Source: Candidatus Saccharimonadota bacterium
GTDB lineage: Bacteria; Patescibacteriota; Saccharimonadia; Saccharimonadales; Saccharimonadaceae
Assembly (NCBI GenBank): GCA_049296095.1
Contig: JBAQRV010000001.1
Location: 360,001 to 392,000 of the forward strand
DNA: 32,000 nucleotides
Reading direction: 5' to 3'
In this document: positions 8,944 through 15,733 of the stretch, in pieces
Layout: every line of letters begins with the position of its first letter
How positions within the stretch are numbered: position 1 is the first letter of the stretch
Made by a program: the position numbers and the translations under genes
The notes under the pieces: generated by a model
Databases searched by the model: none
What the model was told of the DNA's origin: nothing
Seen by the model: the letters and a program-made list of their open reading frames with translations, nothing else

Positions 8944-9828
8944 TTAGTCGTCGAGTAGCTTTTGCAGGCGGTCAAATTCGTCTTGGTCTTTGAATTTAAT
9001 GATAATCCGACCAGCACCCTTACCGTTGACGCGAATATCGACATCTGTTTTCAGGCGGTCACGCAAACTGACAATCTGAGCCTCATGCTGTGATTCGGCC
9101 GGCTGAGCAGCCTCTTCAACCTTGCCTTTACGGAGGTTCTTAATATTAACCATGTATTGTTCAACTTTGCGAGAACTCCACTCTTCAGCGATGATGCGCG
9201 GCAAGATTTCTTCGATAAATGCCTCATCCTGACCTGCTAATGGACGAGCCTGACCTTCGGTTAAAACACCTTCAGCAATGGCCACCTGAGCACTTTTTGG
9301 TAACTTGAGCAGGCGCATCGTGTTCGTCACTGCACTTGGAGACTTATTCACTCGCTGGGCAACTTGTTCTTGCGTGAGGTTAAATTGATCACGCAATTTC
9401 AAGTAAGCTGTCGCCGTTTCAATTGCATTAAGGTCACGGCGCTGTAGATTCTCGATTAGAGACAGTTCCAATTCATGTTGATCTGCCAATGTTCGGACTA
9501 GAGCAGGAATTGTCGGCAGGCCAGCAATGGTCGCCGCACGATAGCGCCTTTCACCAGCAACGATCCGATAACTACCAGCATCGGGTACGACGATAATTGG
9601 TTGCAATACACCGTATTCTTTAATCGATTCAGCCAGCTGCTCTAATGCCTCCTTGTCAAACGAACGACGCGGTTGGTCGGGGTTAGCGTGGATCTTACTC
9701 AAAGGTAGATGACGAAGCTCGCTCACCTGTTCGTCTTGTTGTGCCGTCGGATCAAAATCGTCATCGAGCAAGTCTGTTGGGATTAATGATTCGAAACCTC
9801 GGCCGAGTCCTTTTTTTAATGCGCTCAT
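8944..9828 (-). CDS. parB: Chromosome partitioning protein ParB/Spo0J
   Basis: ParB box (GVLQPIIV...YRIVAGERRYRAA) and an HTH (LTQEQVAQRVNKSPSAVTNTMRLLKLP). Overlaps parA by 4 nt. Confidence 0.93.
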   Translation of the reverse strand: MSALKKGLGRGFESLIPTDLLDDDFDPTAQQDEQVSELRHLPLSKIHANPDQPRRSFDKEALEQLAESIKEYGVLQPIIVVPDAGSYRIVAGERRYRAATIAGLPTIPALVRTLADQHELELSLIENLQRRDLNAIETATAYLKLRDQFNLTQEQVAQRVNKSPSAVTNTMRLLKLPKSAQVAIAEGVLTEGQARPLAGQDEAFIEEILPRIIAEEWSSRKVEQYMVNIKNLRKGKVEEAAQPAESQHEAQIVSLRDRLKTDVDIRVNGKGAGRIIIKFKDQDEFDRLQKLLDD

Positions 9829-10601
9829 ACTGCCGCTCCTTCAGTTCGGGTGATCACTTCCTTTGCCAGCGCCTTATAGGCCCGTGAGCCCTTTGAGAAC
9901 TTGTCATAGACACCGATCGGGATACCGTGGCTCGGCGCTTCGGCCAGACGAATATTGCGAGGAATGGTCACCTCGAACACCTTACCTGGGAAGTGGCGTT
10001 TAATTTCCTCGTGTACCTGGTTGCTGAGCGTGGTGCGGCTATCGAGCATGGTTGGCAAAACACCAAGCAGTTCGAGACCTGGGTTCATCCCCTTTCGAAC
10101 CAGTTTCATCGTCTCAAGAAGCTGCCCTAAGCCTTCAAGGGCATAGAACTCTGCCTGAACTGGCAAGAGGACGTATTTGGCGGCGATCAGGCCATTCACA
10201 GTGAGAAGGCTAAGACTCGGCGGACTATCGATGATAATAAAATCGTAGGTCTCACCACTACTTTCAATGGCATGCTTTAATCGCGAGAATCGCTTGTCTG
10301 CTTGAGACAGCTCAGCCTCGGTATTGGCAAGGATCGAAGTGGTTGGGGCGAGCCATAAATTCTTGTGTTCGGTTTGAATCACGGCAGCTGCCAGCGGGTG
10401 AGTTCCGAGGATAACATCGGTCATCGTCGTCGTGAGTGCTTGCTTATCTACTCCGAGGCCACTGCTCGCATTTCCTTGTGGGTCAAAGTCGATCAACAAG
10501 GTCTTTTTGTCAGCCTTGGCCAAAAAATAGGCCAAATTAATAGCGGTCGTTGTTTTACCAACGCCCCCCTTTTGATTTGTTACTGCAATGACAGTCGTCA
10601 C
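9825..10601 (-). CDS. parA: Chromosome partitioning ATPase ParA/Soj
   Basis: Deviant Walker A (AVTNQKGGVGKTTTAINLA) and IIIDSPPSLS. GTG start with GAAGGG 7 nt upstream. Confidence 0.93.
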   Translation of the reverse strand: MTTVIAVTNQKGGVGKTTTAINLAYFLAKADKKTLLIDFDPQGNASSGLGVDKQALTTTMTDVILGTHPLAAAVIQTEHKNLWLAPTTSILANTEAELSQADKRFSRLKHAIESSGETYDFIIIDSPPSLSLLTVNGLIAAKYVLLPVQAEFYALEGLGQLLETMKLVRKGMNPGLELLGVLPTMLDSRTTLSNQVHEEIKRHFPGKVFEVTIPRNIRLAEAPSHGIPIGVYDKFSKGSRAYKALAKEVITRTEGAAV

Positions 10602-10648
10602 GGATCTACCCTTCTCTTTTCTTCACCTATTGTAGCACGTGGGGTATG

Positions 10649-10674
10649 AAAAATCCCCGCTTGTTTCAGCGAGG
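10649..10674 (-). terminator. Rho-independent terminator after rplU
   Basis: The minus strand reads CCUCGCU-GAAACA-AGCGGGG (7 bp, one G-U pair), followed by AUUUUUCAU. Confidence 0.6.
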
Positions 10675-10681
10675 ATCGTTC

Positions 10682-10990
10682 TTATTTGATTGAAGTAATT
10701 TCGACTTTCGAGTACTTCTGGCGGTGACCGTTCACCTTGTGAACTCGCTTCTTTGCTTTGTAGCGGATCACTTGGATCTTGTCGCCCTTTACCAAGTCTT
10801 CGAGGACCTTGGCAGTGACTTTCACATCTTTTACGATTGGCGTCCCGATGGTTGTTGTTTCACCATCGATCACCAATAGCGCGTCAAGTGTGAGCTCTTT
10901 AGTTCCTTCCGGGAGGAGGTCCACCAGGAGGGTCTCTTTTTCGGTGACGAGGAATTGCTTGCCACCGATCTTAACGACTGCTTTTGTCAT
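10682..10990 (-). CDS. rplU: 50S ribosomal protein L21
   Basis: 102 aa. AVVKIGGKQFLVTEKE...VIRYKAKKRVHKVNGHRQKYSKVEI is L21-like throughout. The gene appears monocistronic, with no rpmA downstream. Confidence 0.93.
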   Translation of the reverse strand: MTKAVVKIGGKQFLVTEKETLLVDLLPEGTKELTLDALLVIDGETTTIGTPIVKDVKVTAKVLEDLVKGDKIQVIRYKAKKRVHKVNGHRQKYSKVEITSIK

Positions 10991-11054
10991 ATGTTTCCTT
11001 ATAATATTAACGATTCAGTTGTCTATTCTAACAGAGATGATCACATCTGTAAAG

Positions 11055-11960
11055 CTAGATCTGTCCGCCACCCGTTGCAAAAACAATCAACACTGCCAAG
11101 CCTACGACCAACCCGAGCGTATACATCCCGTGATGCTGTTTCCAGCTCTGACGCCAGGCCTTAGGTAACTTGCTTCGGTAGTGGTGAGCGGCAACCGCTA
11201 CGAGGGCAACAATTGCCAGCATCGCCAGCACACCCAAGGTTGCTGGACTCAATGATTGCAGGGCTGTGCCGAAGTATGTCAAAGGGTTACCGACACTATT
11301 AGAGACTGGTGGCGCGAAGACGACACGTTCGGCACTTGAACCCTCTACGGCCGCAGACGCCGGAGTACCATAATATGCCACAACGAGTGTGGTATCACGG
11401 CCATCGAGCATACCGTCAACCACCGCAAAGCCGATGTCTTGGTATGCACTATTCATAATGTTTGCGCGGTGCGTCTCGGAATTCATCCACGCCGCCACCG
11501 TTGCGTCGGCCGTCGGATAGTTTTTAGCGAGGTTCTCCCCTGCAACATCGTAGTTATAGCCAGCATCCCCCAGCCACTTCCACGGCGTGACGCCGCTCGG
11601 AGAGGTGTGCGCCCAGTAATTATTGGCAAACATATCACGGGCTTTTAGGAAGGCCGCCTGACTTAACTCTTCATTAATCTTTAGGGCTGGTAGCTCATCC
11701 TTAGCTCGTTCTTCATTCGTATCTGTTAAAAGGTCGCTGACACTGATGTTAGAAACGCGTCCCAATACTTCCAGTCGCCCAGCGGTGAGAAAGCCATACC
11801 CTAGTTGGACAAACAAAGCCAACACTAAAACGGCCGTAATACCATGAAGCCGCACGAGGTGCGGACGGTAGTGATTCCCCTTATGTGGGATCAAAGCATG
11901 CCGAAGCTGCTTGCGTACGTTAAGAGGAGAGTGTTTTTTATGTGTTTGTTTTGTTTTCAC
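11055..11960 (-). CDS. Membrane-anchored CAP/SCP (PR-1-like, YkwD-type) domain protein
   Basis: CAP-domain motifs NYWAHTSPSGVTPW, GENLAKNY, AWMNSETHRANIMNSAYQDIGFAV. One N-terminal TM after a basic IPHKGNHYRPHLVR segment, and two C-terminal TMs. GTG start. Confidence 0.8.
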   Translation of the reverse strand: MKTKQTHKKHSPLNVRKQLRHALIPHKGNHYRPHLVRLHGITAVLVLALFVQLGYGFLTAGRLEVLGRVSNISVSDLLTDTNEERAKDELPALKINEELSQAAFLKARDMFANNYWAHTSPSGVTPWKWLGDAGYNYDVAGENLAKNYPTADATVAAWMNSETHRANIMNSAYQDIGFAVVDGMLDGRDTTLVVAYYGTPASAAVEGSSAERVVFAPPVSNSVGNPLTYFGTALQSLSPATLGVLAMLAIVALVAVAAHHYRSKLPKAWRQSWKQHHGMYTLGLVVGLAVLIVFATGGGQI

Positions 11961-11970
11961 TCTACCTAAA

Positions 11971-11976
11971 AGTATA
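11971..11976 (-). promoter_or_regulatory. Candidate -10 box (TATACT) 10 nt upstream of the CAP-protein GTG
   Basis: The minus strand reads gtgaTATACTtttaggtagaGTG, located just after the upstream terminator. Confidence 0.35.
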
Positions 11977-11985
11977 TCACTTTTC

Positions 11986-12012
11986 CAAAAATAAAAGCCC
12001 CCGAGCGAGGGC
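11986..12012 (-). terminator. Rho-independent terminator after the large surface-protein gene
   Basis: The minus strand reads GCCCUC-GCUC-GGGGGC (GC-rich stem, one G-U pair), followed by UUUUAUUUUU. Confidence 0.7.
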
Positions 12013-12035
12013 TTTTATGCTTTTGCTTATGTATA

Positions 12036-14195
12036 TTAAGCTTCGCTATTGTTTCGGCGACGAATCGCTGCCACAATCCAGCTGATAATCGCAGTGAGCG
12101 CTGCAAGGATCAGAAGCCACCAGTACCATGCCAGTCCGAAGATTGAACCGTCGGTCGCGTCAGTATCGACGGCGGCGAAGTTACTGATACCTTCGACACC
12201 TGTATTGTCATCGGTAACACCTTGTACACCCTGAGTTTCAGCGATAGCGGCAGGACCAATGATCGGTGGGGCAATTGTTGTCTGCTGACCACCTGCCGGA
12301 GCGACAGCAACGGTCACAGATGTCGTTGCTTGCGTACTATTCCCTGCTGCGTCGGTTGCTGTAATTGAGAATGGGTAGGTGCCATTTGGAAGATTTGCCG
12401 CAGCGAATGTCCAAGTTCCGTTTATATTAGCGACCGAGCTGGTCGTGCCATTGAAAGTTACTGACAATGCTGCACCAACTTCGGCAGTACCAGTAATATT
12501 TGCTGTATTTCCGCTCGTAGTCCCCGAGTTAACAGCTAAAGCTGGGCTAGTGTTATCAACAGTAACAGTAACTTCTTTACTTCCTTCGTTGTTCGCAGCA
12601 TCCTTGGCAACAAGCTTGATAGTGTAGTTACCGCTCGCAAGACCAGATGTATTCCAATCGTACCCATCGAACGTCGTTCCAATTTCTACAGATATACCGT
12701 CAATGAATAATTCGTAGCTTACCGCATCCCCAGTTGCTCCAGTCACAGAAACGAGTGCGTCGTTACCAACAGTCGAAAGATCAACTGGTGTGGTAAGAGA
12801 GACTACTGGAGCGACATTATCAACTGTGAAGGTGAATAACGGGAGTACCTTGATATTTCCCGCCAGGTCTTCAATTGAAGTCTTGATTGTGTGAACGCCA
12901 TCACTCCAGCTTCCAGCTGTCAGCTCGTCAATGCCAACCGTACGGCTTATAGATATAGGAGTTGTTCCATCACCCGCTTGATTAATGTTCCAAACCTTAT
13001 AAGGTTGACCAGAGCCTTCACCATCGGTAACAAAGCTCATTTTCTTAATACCCAAGTTATCGGTTGCATTAACAGTAATCTCACCGTCGTTATTCATGAC
13101 AGGACTAGAGCTAGTCACTGTACCGGTCGGCTTTTGTGAATCGAATGTCAGTGTTAGCGCCGTAGTATAAGCTGACCATTCACCTGTTGTCGCATCCTTA
13201 GTGCGAACCTCATACCTCCAAGTTCCTTGCTGTGTTCCAAAGTGTCCATGACGAGTCGCGTCATCAAGATCAAAAGTATACCAACCAGTATAACGATTAG
13301 CTTGTGAAACACCTGTCGGATCAGTGACACGAACTTGGTAGCGTTCTGCATTAGTAACCGTGTCCCAACTGAGTGTAATGTCAGTAGTCTTGACCGTTGA
13401 ACCACTCAACAAAATGGCAGACGTACTATCCTTTGTAAATCGCAGATTCACCGGCTTCTCAGTATTGAGCTTACCTGTCTTTAGGTTTGACCATGTTGTT
13501 GTGTAGTTATTTCCAGCCTCACCACTGTTATAGTTGTTGAAAATAACATGTGTGAGGGGTTCGTAATCGTAGCTGTCAGAGCTATATATCTCAGCATCAT
13601 TTAAATAGTAGCTTACGCGATCAGTGATGTGGTTAATGGCGATTTCGAGCTTTACAGTGTCGCCATACTCCACGCCAGTCAAGGCTTCCAAAACTCCGCC
13701 ACCGAATGTATCCCAAACCTCAACAATCGGCGATCCGCTATCATTTGCAAACTCGAGGGTTGGCCACGCGTCGTCACCAGCACTCGCTGTAGACGCTGGG
13801 TCGGTGAGTTGTCCCCACATACCAACAATTACCGGTTCGGCGAGACTCTCCCAGGCTGGATCGACGTACAAATCTGCTTGAACACTTGTTGTACCCGTAG
13901 GTAAAGCTGCCTTCAGACCTTCAAAAGAGTAAAATCCACTTGAAGGTACTGTACTACTATTTACATTGAGTGTGAGCGAGTCGCCAGCTTGTGTATAGCC
14001 GCCCGTCGGCAGTTTGCGATCTGCTCCCCAAGTCAAACCACCAAATCCAGTAGCCTGATAGGTCGTATTCGGTGCAGCACTCGCCTTCTCAGAAAAAATA
14101 AACGGCACACTAGCCGCAACGGTACTGAGCACGAGCATGAGTGCCAACGCAACATTAGTTACTCTTTTGGGTGCTATGCTAGCAAATAAACTCAT
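12036..14195 (-). CDS. Large secreted, C-terminally anchored surface protein with Ig-like/FN3-like repeats (putative adhesin)
   Basis: Signal peptide (MSLFASIAPKRVTNVALALMLVLSTVAASVPFIFSEKASA). Repeated beta-domain boundaries of the bacterial Ig-like type (LTFDSQKPTGTV, FTVDNVAPVVSL, VTVDNTSPALAV). An FN3-like segment (ITLSWDTVTNAERYQVRV). C-terminal GLAWYWW-TM-RRRNN tail. The ATG at 14195 has GAGGAG 7 nt upstream; the TTG at 14210 in the ORF track is an over-extension. Confidence 0.8.
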   Translation of the reverse strand: MSLFASIAPKRVTNVALALMLVLSTVAASVPFIFSEKASAAPNTTYQATGFGGLTWGADRKLPTGGYTQAGDSLTLNVNSSTVPSSGFYSFEGLKAALPTGTTSVQADLYVDPAWESLAEPVIVGMWGQLTDPASTASAGDDAWPTLEFANDSGSPIVEVWDTFGGGVLEALTGVEYGDTVKLEIAINHITDRVSYYLNDAEIYSSDSYDYEPLTHVIFNNYNSGEAGNNYTTTWSNLKTGKLNTEKPVNLRFTKDSTSAILLSGSTVKTTDITLSWDTVTNAERYQVRVTDPTGVSQANRYTGWYTFDLDDATRHGHFGTQQGTWRYEVRTKDATTGEWSAYTTALTLTFDSQKPTGTVTSSSPVMNNDGEITVNATDNLGIKKMSFVTDGEGSGQPYKVWNINQAGDGTTPISISRTVGIDELTAGSWSDGVHTIKTSIEDLAGNIKVLPLFTFTVDNVAPVVSLTTPVDLSTVGNDALVSVTGATGDAVSYELFIDGISVEIGTTFDGYDWNTSGLASGNYTIKLVAKDAANNEGSKEVTVTVDNTSPALAVNSGTTSGNTANITGTAEVGAALSVTFNGTTSSVANINGTWTFAAANLPNGTYPFSITATDAAGNSTQATTSVTVAVAPAGGQQTTIAPPIIGPAAIAETQGVQGVTDDNTGVEGISNFAAVDTDATDGSIFGLAWYWWLLILAALTAIISWIVAAIRRRNNSEA

Positions 14196-14296
14196 CTCGC
14201 AACTCCTCAATTATTACTTTAGGATTGTCCACGACCTCAATCCCGCTCGATTTAATACAACTCTCAACTTTTGTATTTTTCTTAACTCTATCACCA

Positions 14297-14953
14297 TCAC
14301 CCTAGTTTGACAATGCTTGGGAAGGGCTTGATGACCGTTTTTCTGATGAGCAAAGCGCCTCCGACGATGATGCCTCCGATCAGCACCCACCAATACCACG
14401 ACAAGCCCATCAGGCGCCAACCTTGCGGGGTTGCCTCCAAGAATGCCGCTTCTGATGAGCTGGCACCGAGAATGCTTTGATTACCTTGATTAACCCCATA
14501 GACTGACAGTAATGCGCTGGATGGATACTGGTAGGTCGGTTGTAATGGGGCATTCCTCGCGATTGTCGGGACGGCTGGCAACTCACTGGCAAGCGAGTCA
14601 TCAAACTCAAGAGGCGGTGTGGCATCCGTTATCACAGGAGTAGGCGCCGCTTGCTGGGAAGATTGAGGCGATACTGGTGTCTGTGCTGGTAGGTTCGAAG
14701 AGCTAGACGGATTAGTTTGCGCCGGGGTAGGTGTCGTATGTTCAACCGGTCCCTCCCTACATACCTTTATCAAAAGATTGCCGACCGTACACGTCACTCT
14801 ATATAAAAGACCCTCGGCACGAGTCGGCCGAGGGTTTTGAAGGATCACAAGTGAAGATACAAGGCACACCGCTAGCAAAAACGTGGCTGTTTTTGCTCCT
14901 CGCAGGATCGGTCGTAGCCTTTGTTCCCTACCTATAGCGTCTCCTCCCCTCAT
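14297..14953 (-). CDS. Pro/Ser/Thr/Gln-rich secreted protein with a C-terminal GLSWYWW-TM anchor, hypothetical
   Basis: N-terminal signal/TM (KTATFLLAVCLVSSLVILQ), a low-complexity PTPAQTNPSSSSNLPAQTPVSPQSSQQAAPTPV linker, and a C-terminal tail homologous to that of the neighbouring large protein. Confidence 0.65.
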   Translation of the reverse strand: MRGGDAIGREQRLRPILRGAKTATFLLAVCLVSSLVILQNPRPTRAEGLLYRVTCTVGNLLIKVCREGPVEHTTPTPAQTNPSSSSNLPAQTPVSPQSSQQAAPTPVITDATPPLEFDDSLASELPAVPTIARNAPLQPTYQYPSSALLSVYGVNQGNQSILGASSSEAAFLEATPQGWRLMGLSWYWWVLIGGIIVGGALLIRKTVIKPFPSIVKLG

Positions 14954-15006
14954 AGTCCCCTATATACAGCGCTTAGGTACCTTTAGTATAGCATGAGCAG
15001 GTTGGT

Positions 15007-15396
15007 CTATGAAATAGTTGGCGGTCTTTTTTCTAAAAAATGTATTCGATCATGATCGAGTCCGTAGTAATGCGCGATCTCGTGCCATAGTGTTCGCTTT
15101 ATTTGTTCATACAAACTGTGTTCATCATAGGAAACGCGTAAAATCGAATCTTTGAAAAGGGTTATTTTATCCGGTAACACAAAAGTATATCCGGCGCCGC
15201 GTTGGGTTAACGGGATACCCTCATAAAGTCCAAGCAAGATATTGCCCTCGCGCAGTCCAGCTTTGTGCGCCTGGTGTTGGTCGGGTGTGTCGGCATAGAC
15301 GATCGCAACATTATCAAGTCCCTTGATATATTCTTGCGGGAGGTCATCCATCGCCTTTGAAATGAGCCTGTCAAAGGCTTCGTCGCTCAGTTCCAT
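15007..15396 (-). CDS. Minimal zincin-type metallopeptidase family protein (Zincin_1/DUF1025-like)
   Basis: 129 aa. LDNVAIVYAD...LLGLYEGIPLTQR...LWHEIAHYYGLDHDRI carries the HExxH motif in the characteristic family context. Confidence 0.8.
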   Translation of the reverse strand: MELSDEAFDRLISKAMDDLPQEYIKGLDNVAIVYADTPDQHQAHKAGLREGNILLGLYEGIPLTQRGAGYTFVLPDKITLFKDSILRVSYDEHSLYEQIKRTLWHEIAHYYGLDHDRIHFLEKRPPTIS

Positions 15397-15405
15397 ACTA
15401 TAGTA

Positions 15406-15411
15406 AGTATA
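15406..15411 (-). promoter_or_regulatory. Candidate -10 box (TATACT) 9 nt upstream of the zincin ATG
   Basis: The minus strand reads TAAgcTATACTtactatagtATG, with no SD. Confidence 0.35.
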
Positions 15412-15413
15412 GC

Positions 15414-15614
15414 TTACTTGTCCGAAAAGTTTAGCTTTTCAGGATCAGATTTAAAGTCCTCTGTAATCCTGTTCCAGGCTTCATCAAGCGTTTGTTCGTC
15501 GATATCCTGTGTTAGGTCGATTGTCTCGTCCTGAGCGTACTCATCGAGATCACTGACGGTCCCATCGTCTTGTGGGTCTACTGGTTGAAGCTGGAGGTAA
15601 TTGTAAATCGACAT
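15414..15614 (-). CDS. Highly acidic small protein (66 aa), hypothetical
   Basis: By my count it has 19 Asp/Glu versus 4 Lys/Arg. It is preceded by a near-consensus promoter. The start region is A-rich and lacks an SD. Confidence 0.5.
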   Translation of the reverse strand: MSIYNYLQLQPVDPQDDGTVSDLDEYAQDETIDLTQDIDEQTLDEAWNRITEDFKSDPEKLNFSDK

Positions 15615-15640
15615 GTTTGTTTTTAACTATTTATACTTTT

Positions 15641-15669
15641 ATTTAAGCATAAGAATGATTAAATGTCAA
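15641..15669 (-). promoter_or_regulatory. Sigma-70-type promoter (TTGACA-17 nt-TTAAAT) for the acidic ORF/zincin unit
   Basis: The minus strand reads gggaTTGACAtttaatcattcttatgcTTAAATaaaag, located just downstream of the ileS terminator-like hairpin. Confidence 0.5.
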
Positions 15670-15703
15670 TCCCTCCTCTATTCTCGTGTCGTTACAACAC
15701 GTT

Positions 15704-15727
15704 CAAAATACCTCGAGGCACCCGAGA
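15704..15727 (-). terminator. Possible terminator after ileS
   Basis: The minus strand reads CUCGGG-UGC-CUCGAG (6 bp, one G-U pair) followed by GUAUUUUG. The U tract is short, so this call is weak. Confidence 0.4.
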
Positions 15728-15733
15728 GATTAC

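Noticed and set aside
10629-10676. parS-like sequences near parA: TGTAGCACGTGGGGTA at 10629-10644 and TGTTTCAGCGAGG at 10661-10673.
   Set aside because: Only the central CACGTG, or the first 7 nt, match the TGTTTCACGTGAAACA consensus, and neither site is a 16-bp palindrome. The second is better explained as the rplU terminator stem. I found no convincing parS site in the window.
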